A stretch of 64,000 nt of DNA from Vicinamibacteraceae bacterium (GTDB taxonomy: Bacteria > Planctomycetota > Phycisphaerae > Phycisphaerales > UBA5793), in assembly GCA_011525805.1 (NCBI GenBank), contig WYBR01000070.1, forward strand, positions 80,588 through 144,587. Direction: 5' to 3'. Every line of letters begins with the position of its first letter. Position 1 is the first letter of the stretch. A program made the position numbers and the translations under genes. Positions 45,147-53,998 of the stretch are shown here, piece after piece. A model generated the notes under the pieces. That model did no database searches, had not been told where the DNA came from, and worked only from the letters and a program-made list of their open reading frames with translations.

Positions 45147-46364
45147 TTACGACGGCGCCGACGTCGCCGCGTATTCGCCGCAGATTTCGCGCAGGGCGTC
45201 GCAGAGCACATCCACTTCCGCCTCGCTGTTGAAAGCGCCGAAACTGATGCGAGTCGTCCCGCCGAGGCGGTCCGTCCCGAGCGTGCGGTGCGCCAGCGGG
45301 GCGCAGTGGAATCCGGCGCGCGTCAGCACGCTGAACTCGTCTTCGAGGATGGCGGAGAGTTCGTTCGGCTCGATGCCGTCGATGACGATCGAAAACACGC
45401 CGCAGCGGTTCTGGAAGTCGGGCGGGCCTACGAGGCGCAGGCCGGGCATGTCATCTTCATCCAGGCGCTGGAGCATGTGGTTGATGAGTTCTTCCTCGTG
45501 CTCCCAGAGGTGCTCGACGCCCTGCTCGAGAATCCACTGGACCCCGGCGCTCAGGCCCGCGACGCCGATGGCGTTCTGGCTGCCGGCCTCGAACTTGTCG
45601 GGCATGTTGAGCGGCTGCACATCGCTCTCGGAGAGACTTCCCGTGCCGCCCTCGCGCATGGTGCGCATCTGCTCTTCGAGGCCCGGTCGAATGTAGAGCA
45701 CGCCGGTGCCCAGCGGGCCCATGAGGCCCTTGTGGCCGGGCATGGCGAGCAGATCGATGTTCATCTCGCGCACGTCGATGGGAACGTGCCCCGCCGTCTG
45801 GGCGGCATCGACGAGCAGCGGCACGCCGCGCTCCCGGCAGATCGCGCCGATCTCGCGGAGGGGCATGAGCGTCCCCGAGACGTTGGAGCCGTGAACGATC
45901 GCGACGAGTCGGGTGTGCGGTGTGATGGCGCGGGCGATGTCGTCGGGATCGACCAGGCCGGTCTTCGGATCGCAGGGCAGGCGCGTCTGCTCCATGTGGC
46001 CGCGCTCGGCGAGGGCGTTGAGGGGGCGGAGGACGGAGTTGTGCGCCATCCAGGTGGTGATCGCGTGATTACGCATGCCCTGGATGACCAGGCCCTTGAT
46101 GGCGATGTTGAGCGAATCGGTCCCGTTGAGCGTAAAGACGACGTGGTCGGGCGAGGCGCCGTTGATGAGGCGATTGATTCGTTCGCGGCACTCGTGCATG
46201 AGGCGCCCTGCCTCGCGCGCCTCGGCGTAGCCGCCACGGCCGGCGGAGGCGTCCACGTCGGTGGCGAAGCGCATCATCGCCTGGTACACCTCGACCGGCT
46301 TGGGATGGCTGGTCGCGGAATTGTCGAGGTAGATTCGAGCGCGAGTTGGACGTTCAGTCTTCAC
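45147..46364 (-). CDS. Class V aminotransferase, cysteine desulfurase / selenocysteine lyase-like
   Basis: IYLDNSATSHPKP, HGSNVSGT, the PLP-lysine context MPGHKGLMGP and the C-terminal RAGFHCAPLAH (catalytic Cys loop) are present. Confidence 0.8.
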   Translation of the reverse strand: MKTERPTRARIYLDNSATSHPKPVEVYQAMMRFATDVDASAGRGGYAEAREAGRLMHECRERINRLINGASPDHVVFTLNGTDSLNIAIKGLVIQGMRNHAITTWMAHNSVLRPLNALAERGHMEQTRLPCDPKTGLVDPDDIARAITPHTRLVAIVHGSNVSGTLMPLREIGAICRERGVPLLVDAAQTAGHVPIDVREMNIDLLAMPGHKGLMGPLGTGVLYIRPGLEEQMRTMREGGTGSLSESDVQPLNMPDKFEAGSQNAIGVAGLSAGVQWILEQGVEHLWEHEEELINHMLQRLDEDDMPGLRLVGPPDFQNRCGVFSIVIDGIEPNELSAILEDEFSVLTRAGFHCAPLAHRTLGTDRLGGTTRISFGAFNSEAEVDVLCDALREICGEYAATSAPS

Positions 46365-46420
46365 TGAGACATTGTATCACCCGCCCGCTGGGGCCACGGC
46401 ACGCTCGGGTGAATTCCCGA

Positions 46421-49400
46421 TCACGACGGGGCAGCCGCCCAGCGGCGCTCGCGCGGGGCCGGCTCGGGGACGCCGCCGGCCGTCACCGTACACGCCCCCT
46501 CGCCGATCGTCTCGCGGAGGAAGCCCAGCAGCGATTCGCTCGCCGCCACTCGCAGACGCGAAGGCTCCAAGATGACGTGCCGACGGTCGGCGTAGAGGTG
46601 AAGCCGCACGGGCACGGGCCGGCCGCCTGAGCCATTGAGCCGCGCCTGGCGCTGGAGTTCGCCGTTGAGAAGGGCGAGAGTCGCTTCGGCCTGCTCGCCT
46701 TCGTCGAGGTGAATCTCGATCGAGCCGGCGAGTTCAGACGCGGCACGGTTCATCGGAATGACGCGATCGATCTTGATGCTCGCCGCGCCGCGCGACTTGT
46801 CCACCTGCCCGACGATGAAGATCATCGCGTGGTCCGTGAGCGCCTCGCCGCACTCGGCGAACGTGTCGGCGAAGAGCACGCCGTCGATCTGCCCGTGCAG
46901 GTCCTCGATCGTGATCATCGCCATCTTCTGCCCGGCGCTGCGGCCGTTGCGCACGAGCAGCGGGCGCACGCGCGTGAGCATGCCGCCGATGACCACGGGC
47001 TTGTCGTGATCGAGTTCGGCCGCTTCGAGCGTCGTCGCCGAGCCAAACGTCTCGATCTGCGCGCGGTAGCGCTCGAGCGGATGGCTGGAGACGAAGAAGC
47101 CGAGAACTTCTTTCTCGTTCATGAGCGCCTGCTGAACGTCCCACGGCGCGGTGCGGGGAAGGGGCGTCTCGGCGGCGTTCTTCTCCTCGGCGGGAACCGC
47201 CTCGCCGAGACCGAAGAGCGAGCCCTGACCCGAAGCGCGATCGGCGGCGAGGGACTGGCCGGCGCGGACGGCCGCGTCGATCGCCTCCACCATCGCCGCG
47301 CGCTGCGCCATGCCGTGAACCGAATCAAACGCCCCGGCCTTGATGAGCGCCTCGATCGTCGCCTTGTTGACATGGCTCAGCGGCACGCGCTCGCAGAAAT
47401 CGAAGAGCGAGCGGAACGCCCCGCCCCGGCGCCGCTCCTCCACCACAGCCGAAATGGCCTTGTCTCCCGCCCCCTTGAGCGCCCGCAGGCCGAAGCGCAC
47501 GTGCCCGTGGTTGTGATCGCGCGGCTCGTCGGGATCGAAAACGACGGAGAAATCGGCTGCGGAGAGATTGATGTCCGGCGGCTTGACGTCGATGCCCGCG
47601 TGCCCGTCGGGAAAGAGGGCGCGGCGGCAGTCTTCGAGGTACGCGATCCAGTCCGAGACCTTCTGCGCCTGCGATTCATAGGTGAGCACCGCGGCCATGT
47701 ACTGGTTCGGGAAGTACGTCTTGAGGTACGCGGTCTGGTAGGCGACGATGGCGTAGCCCGTCGAGTGGCTCTTGTTGAAACCGTACCCCGCGAACTTGAG
47801 GATGAGATCGAAGAGGTCCTCGGCCTTGCGGCGATCCAGCCCCTGGCGGGCGGCGCCCTCGATGAAGACGGGCCGCTGCTCGTTGATGACCTTCTCCTTC
47901 TTCTTGGAGATGGCCTTGATGAGTGTGTAGGCGGCGCGGAGCGGGATGCCTCCCAGTTCGTGGCAGATCTGCATGACCTGCTCCTGGTAGACCATCACGC
48001 CATACGTCTCGGCCGTGAAGCGATCGACGATGGGATGGACGGTTGGAACCTCTTCCTGTCCGTGTTTGCGGCGGTTGTAGTGGGGAATGAGGTCCATCGG
48101 GCCGGGGCGGTAGAGCGCGTTGGCGGCGATGAGGTCTTCAAGCCGGTCCGGCTTCATCTCCATCAGGAGTTTGCGCATCCCGCCCGACTCAAACTGGAAC
48201 ACACCCGCCGTGTCGCCGCGCGCAAACAACTCGAAGACGCGCGGATCGTCATACTCCAGGCGTTCGAGATCAAGCGGGTCGCGGCTCGGATCGTCAACGC
48301 CCAGCGCCGCGCGGATCGCCTCTTCGCCGAGCGATTCGCGGATGAGTTGCCTGGCCCGTTCGATGATCGAGAGCGTGCGCAGGCCGAGGAAGTCCATCTT
48401 CAGCAGGCCGAACTTCTCGACCGTCGGCCCGTCCCACTGCGTGAGCGCTTCGCCTTCCCCGGCCTTGGCGCCGGTGGGGCGGCAGAGGGGGATGATGTTG
48501 TCGAGCGGCTGTGTGGCGATGACGACGCCCGCGGCGTGCACCCCCGCGTGACGAACCTGACCCTCCAGCGCCCGGGCCGTGTCGATGAGCGTGCGGATCT
48601 CCTCGCGCGAGTCGTACTCCTTGCGGAGGTCCGGCTCCTTTTCGAGGGCATCATCGATGGAGACGTTGAGCCCCTCGGGCACCATGTTGGCCAGGCGCTG
48701 CGTCTCGCCGGGCGTGAGGCCGAAGACGCGGCCGACGTCCTTGATGGCCGCACGAGCCTTGAGCGTGCCGAAGGTGATGATCTGCGCCACGTGGCCGTAC
48801 TTGTGGCGGACGTACTCGATGACGGCGGCGCGGCCGTCCTGGCAGATGTCGATGTCGATGTCGGGGTACTCACTGCGGTCGGGATCGGTGAAGCGCTCAA
48901 AGAGCAGGCCGTAGCGCACCGGGCAGGCGTTGGAGAGACCGAGCACGTAGCCCACCATCGTTCCCACGCCCGAGCCGCGCGCGTTAGCGGGAATGCCCCG
49001 CTGCCGCGCCCAGTTGACGAAGTCCCACACGATCAGGAAGTACGCCGAGATCGACTTGTCGGCGAGGATGCGCAGTTCGCGGTCGAGGCGGGCGCGGATC
49101 TCCTCCGTCACGCCGTCGGCGCCGTAGCGCCAGATGAGACCGGCTTCGCTCAGTTCGCGCAGGGCGCGGTCGCAGCGCTGCTTGAGTTCCCCGGGCGTCT
49201 CCTGGTCGCGGGTGGCGTCGAAGGGCTCGAGGTCGTAGCGGGCGCAGAACTCGGTGTACCACTTCGTCCGGTCCCCGCCGTTGTATTCGAGCCGATCGGC
49301 CGGAATGACCGGCTTGACGACCGGGGCGTGATTCTGCCCCGCGGGCAACTCGACGTTGCAGCGCTGGGCGATGTGGATCGTGTTCTCGATCGCCGCGGGC

Positions 49401-50227
49401 AGGTCGGCGAAGAGTTCCGCCATCTCCTGCGGACTCTTGACGTAGACATCTTTCGGATAGCGCAGCCGGTTCGCCTCCGTCTTGCCCTTGCTCATCGAGA
49501 TGCAGCAGAGCGTGTCGTGGGCGTCGTAGTCTTGAGCGCGCATGAAGTGGGCGTCGTTGTCGCACACCAGCGGCAGATCGAGGAGGCGCGCCAGGCGAAC
49601 GAGGTGCGGATTGATCGCCTCCTGCTCCGGCACGCCGTTGCGCTGCACTTCGACGTAGAAGCGCGGCTCGCCCTTTTCATTGCGGCCGAAGGTCTCGGCG
49701 TGCCACTTCGCCTCCTCCACCGCTGCATCCCAGTGCGACGTCGTCTCGGGGTTCTGGACGAACCGGAGGAGGTGATGCGCGAGGCTCGAACCGAGGTGCC
49801 CGTTTATCGCGATCAGTCCCTCGCACCACTGCGCCAGCGTGCTCTTGTCCATGCGCGGCTTGAAGTAAAAGCCGTTGCGGTACGAGTCGCTGGTGAGTTT
49901 GAGGATGTTCCGCCAGCCCCGGTCATTCTCGGCGAGGAGGACGAGGTGAAAGCCCCCATCCGCCACGCCGGTGTACTGCCGGTCGCCGCGGTGGCCGGGG
50001 GCGACATACGCCTCGATGCCGAGGATCGGCTTGACGCCCGCCTCGCGCGCCAGCGCGTAGAACTCGACGGCCCCGAAGACGTTGCCGTGGTCCGTCATCG
50101 CCACCGCATCCATGCCGAGGGCCCTGACGTGCTGCATCAGCGCAGGGATGCGATTGCCCCCGTCGAGCAGGCTGTACTCGGTGTGGAGGTGGAGGTGGAC
50201 GAATCGGGGCTGGGTCTGTTCGGTCAT
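46421..50227 (-). CDS. dnaE: DNA polymerase III alpha subunit
   Basis: PHP domain FVHLHLHTEYSLLDG, polymerase core (...GRPGPMD..., FNKSHSTGYA), OB-fold and C-terminal tail are present. About 1268 aa if the ATG at 50227 (MTEQTQPRFVHLH) is used. Alternative starts lie at 50236 and 50281. Confidence 0.95.
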   Translation of the reverse strand: MTEQTQPRFVHLHLHTEYSLLDGGNRIPALMQHVRALGMDAVAMTDHGNVFGAVEFYALAREAGVKPILGIEAYVAPGHRGDRQYTGVADGGFHLVLLAENDRGWRNILKLTSDSYRNGFYFKPRMDKSTLAQWCEGLIAINGHLGSSLAHHLLRFVQNPETTSHWDAAVEEAKWHAETFGRNEKGEPRFYVEVQRNGVPEQEAINPHLVRLARLLDLPLVCDNDAHFMRAQDYDAHDTLCCISMSKGKTEANRLRYPKDVYVKSPQEMAELFADLPAAIENTIHIAQRCNVELPAGQNHAPVVKPVIPADRLEYNGGDRTKWYTEFCARYDLEPFDATRDQETPGELKQRCDRALRELSEAGLIWRYGADGVTEEIRARLDRELRILADKSISAYFLIVWDFVNWARQRGIPANARGSGVGTMVGYVLGLSNACPVRYGLLFERFTDPDRSEYPDIDIDICQDGRAAVIEYVRHKYGHVAQIITFGTLKARAAIKDVGRVFGLTPGETQRLANMVPEGLNVSIDDALEKEPDLRKEYDSREEIRTLIDTARALEGQVRHAGVHAAGVVIATQPLDNIIPLCRPTGAKAGEGEALTQWDGPTVEKFGLLKMDFLGLRTLSIIERARQLIRESLGEEAIRAALGVDDPSRDPLDLERLEYDDPRVFELFARGDTAGVFQFESGGMRKLLMEMKPDRLEDLIAANALYRPGPMDLIPHYNRRKHGQEEVPTVHPIVDRFTAETYGVMVYQEQVMQICHELGGIPLRAAYTLIKAISKKKEKVINEQRPVFIEGAARQGLDRRKAEDLFDLILKFAGYGFNKSHSTGYAIVAYQTAYLKTYFPNQYMAAVLTYESQAQKVSDWIAYLEDCRRALFPDGHAGIDVKPPDINLSAADFSVVFDPDEPRDHNHGHVRFGLRALKGAGDKAISAVVEERRRGGAFRSLFDFCERVPLSHVNKATIEALIKAGAFDSVHGMAQRAAMVEAIDAAVRAGQSLAADRASGQGSLFGLGEAVPAEEKNAAETPLPRTAPWDVQQALMNEKEVLGFFVSSHPLERYRAQIETFGSATTLEAAELDHDKPVVIGGMLTRVRPLLVRNGRSAGQKMAMITIEDLHGQIDGVLFADTFAECGEALTDHAMIFIVGQVDKSRGAASIKIDRVIPMNRAASELAGSIEIHLDEGEQAEATLALLNGELQRQARLNGSGGRPVPVRLHLYADRRHVILEPSRLRVAASESLLGFLRETIGEGACTVTAGGVPEPAPRERRWAAAPS

Positions 50228-50308
50228 TGTCAGCATCGTAGGCGGGGTGGTGGGAAGACGAACGCCGCCGCGGCGACCCACCAGATATGGGAGCGGGGAC
50301 CAGACTTG

Positions 50309-50339
50309 ATACTATGACTGGAGTTGATTAGTCTGTCAA
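50309..50339 (-). promoter_or_regulatory. Candidate sigma-70 promoter upstream of dnaE
   Basis: The minus strand reads TTGACA (50339-50334), a 17-nt spacer, then CATAGT (50316-50311), with the overlapping TAGTAT. The site is locally AT-rich and about 80 nt upstream of the dnaE start. Confidence 0.35.
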
Positions 50340-50489
50340 GGTGCGAACAGGTTGTCCACACCCTTCCCACGGCCGGGGCACGGCAAAGCGCTTCGCGCCA
50401 GCGAAGCGCACGAGCCGCGCCTGTGAGGAAGCGGTGCTCGCCGAACACCAGCGCGGCGCCGCCCCGGCAGCGCGATCGCGCTGTCATCG

Positions 50490-50625
50490 CCTCCCTCCCC
50501 CGGCTCTGCGGGGAGGGCTGGGGTGGGGGTGCTTCGCCGACACGTTCGTGGCGCACTCGTCGAATGCCTCACATCATACCGTCGCCCCCACCCCTTCCCC
50601 TCCCCCGCAAAGCCGGGGGAGGGGC
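50490..50625. repeat. Inverted pair of G/C-tract palindromic elements
   Basis: Copy 1 (50490-50531) is CCTCCCTCCCCCGGCTCTGCGGGGAGGGCTGGGGTGGGGGTG. Copy 2 (50584-50625), read on the other strand, is GCCCCTCCCCCGGCTTTGCGGGGGAGGGGAAGGGGTGGGGGC. Each has an internal CCCTCCCC...GGGGAGGG hairpin. Confidence 0.7.
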
Positions 50626-50715
50626 ATGCAAACTCACGCTTTCGCGAATCGTGATGGCCCTGACAACCCTGCGAATCGCGACAATCCGCCGCGCGGCAAT
50701 CCCTATGATCCATCG

Positions 50716-51009
50716 ATGCGAGTCGAGTTCCGAACGTTGAACGCCCAGCGCCTGCGGCAGGTCCGCGAGCGCATCGCCGCCCAACCCAACTGGGTCGTCC
50801 GGGCGGCGGCGCTGACCTTCGCGATCATCGTCCTTCTCCCAGTGGTCCTGCTCGTGGCCGTCGCGTTCGTCCTGGCCGCGCTGGTGCTGCTCGCACTGGG
50901 GCTGGTCAATCGCGTGGCCGGTCTGTTCGCGGGCCGGGCGGACGGTCTGTGGCGCGGCCGCGACCCGCAGGGCCGGCGCAACGTCAAAGTCCTGCCGCGC
51001 GAGGGGTGA
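50716..51009 (+). CDS. Small membrane protein (hypothetical)
   Basis: The ATG at 50716 lies inside track ORF 50341-51009. It encodes MRVEFRTLNAQRLRQVRERI... followed by a long hydrophobic stretch (AAALTFAIIVLLPVVLLVAVAFVLAALVLLALGLV). The upstream part of the track ORF crosses repeat elements and is rejected. Confidence 0.4.
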   Translation: MRVEFRTLNAQRLRQVRERIAAQPNWVVRAAALTFAIIVLLPVVLLVAVAFVLAALVLLALGLVNRVAGLFAGRADGLWRGRDPQGRRNVKVLPREG

Positions 51010-51038
51010 GGCGCCTTCGGGCTTCCGCCTCCTCACAT

Positions 51039-52406
51039 TCAGCGCCTCAGAAGCACCGCCTGGCCGGTGGTGAGTCGGATCGGCCGCACACCGCTGCCGG
51101 CGGCGAACTCATCCACCGCCTGCCGCGCGCCCGGGCACGTCAGAAACCCGTCATCATCGATGATGATGATCCCGCCGGGAGTGAGGCGAGGGTAGAAGAA
51201 CGCGAGCGCAGCGCGCGTCGGTTCGTAGAGATCCACATCGACGTGGACGAAAGCGAAGCGCGCCTCGCACGCCGCCTCGAAGCACGCAGGGATCCAGCCT
51301 TGATGAAACGCCAGGTCGCTCCAGCGCGCCAGGGCGGCCCGCACATCTTCAATTCCCCATCTCATGTCGCCCGGCCGCCATGGTCTCACTCCCGGCTCGG
51401 GGCGGTCGGCGGGCGTCGGCGTCGAGAGGCCCGCGAAGGAGTCGAAGAGGTGGTGGGCGTAGGCGGCGTGGCGCGGCAGCATCTCGGCGTAGCGGCGGAT
51501 GATCCACGAGCCGAGGCCGCGGTAGACGCCGCACTCGGCCGTGTCGCCGTCGAGCCGGCCCAGCGAGAGCAGGCATTCCTTGATCGTGTAGTAGCGGTCG
51601 CGCGGCCCGGGGCCGCAGAGCGCTTCGCCCTCGGCGCAGATGCGGTTGAACTCCTCCTCGCGCGGCCAGTAGAGCAGATCGTCGCGCAACTTCGCCGCGC
51701 CGCGCGCCGCCTCGGGCTGGTGCGTGTCGATGGGAGTCGTGATGATCGAGACCTCTTCACGCTTGCGCGCCGCGAAGAGAAGCAGCGTGTATTCGCGCAG
51801 CGAGTCCGTCTGGAAGGGCGCTTCGAGGCAGCCGATCGCTTCGATCTCACCAAGGCGCAGCGAGCCGCTGCGGGGCAGGCGGGCCAGCCAGCCTCCATCG
51901 ATCTCGAAGCCGTTGGCGCGATAGAACTGGTCGAGCACGCGGGGCTGCAGGGAGTAGAAGCCGTGGTTCTCCCAGCCGGCGACGGGTGAGACATGCAGGA
52001 CGGTCCCGCCGGTTCGGAGCATCGCGACGATGCCGCGAAGGGCCGCGGGAATGTCGAAAATGTGCTCAATCGTTCCGCCGTCGATAATCAGATCGAAGCG
52101 GCCGCGCCACGGCTGCGGCGGAGGCTGCGAGAGGTCGTGGAGGATCGAGGCGCCTTCGCCGCCGAACAGATCGAGCGCGTGATACTCCCGAAAGCCCAGG
52201 AGAGAGAAGAAGCGATCCGCGGCAACGCCGGATCCCGGCGCGAGCGCCTGGATCGGCGCGGCGACGGGCCGCCCCTCGAGCAGGTCGCGGACCTCCGACT
52301 CTGTGGCGCCGATGTCCTGCACGCCCAGCGTGAGCACCGACCTCCCCGGCGCGCGGGCACGCTGCCGCTCGATGAGCCAGCGGACGATCGGCAGCGCCAG
52401 GCCCAT
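51039..52406 (-). CDS. Two-domain methyltransferase: N-terminal class I SAM-MTase-like domain plus C-terminal TylF/MycF-type O-methyltransferase domain
   Basis: The N-terminal half has VLTLGVQDIG...ASILHDL...FDLIIDGGTIEHIFD...GGTVLHVSP. The C-terminal half has DTAECGVYRGLGSWII...LFDSFAGL...FAFVHVDVDLYEPTRAALAFFYPRLTPGGIIIIDDDGF, the macrocin-O-methyltransferase family pattern. Confidence 0.7.
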   Translation of the reverse strand: MGLALPIVRWLIERQRARAPGRSVLTLGVQDIGATESEVRDLLEGRPVAAPIQALAPGSGVAADRFFSLLGFREYHALDLFGGEGASILHDLSQPPPQPWRGRFDLIIDGGTIEHIFDIPAALRGIVAMLRTGGTVLHVSPVAGWENHGFYSLQPRVLDQFYRANGFEIDGGWLARLPRSGSLRLGEIEAIGCLEAPFQTDSLREYTLLLFAARKREEVSIITTPIDTHQPEAARGAAKLRDDLLYWPREEEFNRICAEGEALCGPGPRDRYYTIKECLLSLGRLDGDTAECGVYRGLGSWIIRRYAEMLPRHAAYAHHLFDSFAGLSTPTPADRPEPGVRPWRPGDMRWGIEDVRAALARWSDLAFHQGWIPACFEAACEARFAFVHVDVDLYEPTRAALAFFYPRLTPGGIIIIDDDGFLTCPGARQAVDEFAAGSGVRPIRLTTGQAVLLRR

Positions 52407-52442
52407 CAGCGACTCCCCTCCATCACGCGCGAATGTCCTCGT

Positions 52443-53975
52443 TCAGGCGGTGCGGGGGCACTCATGCGCCGCTTTGCTCCACCGAGAGGGCGGGTCATAG
52501 ATCTGCTTGAAGGGAAGGTCATCGCGGTAGAAGCCCAGTGACGCAACGCGCCACCGTCGCAGCAACTGATCGGCCGGAGTGAAGTGCCGCGCCTTGGGTG
52601 CGATGCCCACTCCCACATGGTACTTGCCGTCGCACAGGAACAGCCTCGGGAACTCGACGCGGAAGACCTGCCGGCCGCGCCGGAGGTTGAGACGCTGCGG
52701 CGAGGGTCGCCCCGTCTCGTTGAGTTGTGTGAGGTTCGTCGAAGTGAGCACGTGAATGTCCGCCTCGTTGAAGATCTGCACGCCGATGGCGACGTTGTCC
52801 TTGCGCACGCTGCTGTCCACGGTGATTTCGACCGTCACGGGCTCGCCGGTGTGGAAGCGGTCTCGCGGCTCGCCCGTGGCGTCCAGCACGCGCACCGAGG
52901 CGAGGCGGACGAGATTGAGATGCAGGATCGGCGGGCAGCGGTCTTCGGGATCGTCAAGCAGCGCCTGCACCTCCGGCGACAGCGGCGGCACCGAAGGATC
53001 ATCCTCATCAACGGGCGGCGCGCCGCGAGCCGCGGCGTCCTCGTCGCGGATCGCCCCCGAATCACCCAACGCCCCCGCCGCCCTCGCCCCAGCCACCCCC
53101 GCGCCGCGCCCCTTCGTCGTCTTCGCAAACTCCGCGAGCAGTTCCTTCTCGTACATCTGCGTAATCTCACGGCTCGGGCCGTCGGCCGCGAGTTCGCCTC
53201 GCCGCAGGTAGAGCGAGCGCGAGCAGAGCGTCTCGATGAAGAACATGCTGTGCGAGACGACCAGCGCCGTCGCCCCGCCGGTGCACAGGTCAAGGATGTG
53301 GTTCGTACACTTCTGCTGAAAGGCGAGATCGCCCGTCGCCAGGGCTTCATCGACGATGAGAATGTCCGGTCGGCGGCAAAAGGTGACGGCGAAAGTAAGG
53401 CGAGACTTCATCCCGCTGGAATACGTGCGAAACGGCTGGTCGATGACGTGCCCCAGGCCGGAAAAGTCGATGATCCAGTCGATCGACTCTTCAATCTCGG
53501 CCTTGGTGTAACCGAGGCAGTAACCGCCCATGAAGATGTTCTCGCGGCCGGTGTACTCCTCGTGGAAGCCGGTCCCGAGTTGGAGAATGGCGCGGAGGTT
53601 GCCGGCGATGCGGAACGAGCCTTGAGTGTGGTCGAGCGTGCCGGCGAGGATGCGCAGGAGCGTGCTCTTGCCCGCGCCGTTGGCGCCGACGACGCCGACG
53701 ATCTCCCCGCGCTTCACCGTGAACGACACGTCGCGCAACGCCCAGTGCGGCTTGTAGAGCGGGCGGCGGACGATCAGTTCCTTGAGAATCTGCGAAGGGC
53801 TGGAGTAGATCTTGTAGAGTTTGGAGAGGCCGCTCACGGCAATCGCGGCGCGAGGCTCGGGGCTTGAGGACTGAGAAGCAGCCTGCGGCGGGAGCCGCAG
53901 GTTGACGGCCGAAGCCCCCGTCGCGGACGCGGCGACTTCAACGGGTTGGCGCGATGGAGTGAGCACTTCCGTCAT
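52443..53975 (-). CDS. wzt: Wzt/TagH-type polysaccharide-export ABC transporter ATP-binding protein with a C-terminal beta-sandwich (Wzt_C-like) domain
   Basis: Walker A GANGAGKST, signature YSSGMKSRLTFAV and Walker B ILIVDEALATGD are present. After an Ala/Gly/Asp-rich linker, the C-terminal 160 aa or so (VRLASVRVLDATGEPRDRFHTGEPVTVEITV...LCDGKYHVGVGI) fit the carbohydrate-binding domain pattern of Wzt proteins. Confidence 0.85.
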   Translation of the reverse strand: MTEVLTPSRQPVEVAASATGASAVNLRLPPQAASQSSSPEPRAAIAVSGLSKLYKIYSSPSQILKELIVRRPLYKPHWALRDVSFTVKRGEIVGVVGANGAGKSTLLRILAGTLDHTQGSFRIAGNLRAILQLGTGFHEEYTGRENIFMGGYCLGYTKAEIEESIDWIIDFSGLGHVIDQPFRTYSSGMKSRLTFAVTFCRRPDILIVDEALATGDLAFQQKCTNHILDLCTGGATALVVSHSMFFIETLCSRSLYLRRGELAADGPSREITQMYEKELLAEFAKTTKGRGAGVAGARAAGALGDSGAIRDEDAAARGAPPVDEDDPSVPPLSPEVQALLDDPEDRCPPILHLNLVRLASVRVLDATGEPRDRFHTGEPVTVEITVDSSVRKDNVAIGVQIFNEADIHVLTSTNLTQLNETGRPSPQRLNLRRGRQVFRVEFPRLFLCDGKYHVGVGIAPKARHFTPADQLLRRWRVASLGFYRDDLPFKQIYDPPSRWSKAAHECPRTA

Positions 53976-53998
53976 GATCGGCAGCGCGCCGGGCGCGG

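Noticed and set aside
46709-50317. 1202-aa ORF on the plus strand
   Set aside because: It is antisense to dnaE, whose PHP and polymerase motifs are clear. The composition is of the shadow-ORF type.
50341-50715. The 5' part of track ORF 50341-51009 as coding sequence
   Set aside because: It reads straight through the inverted G/C-tract repeat elements and perfect palindromes. Only the 3' part from the ATG at 50716, with a clear hydrophobic segment, is kept, and at low confidence.
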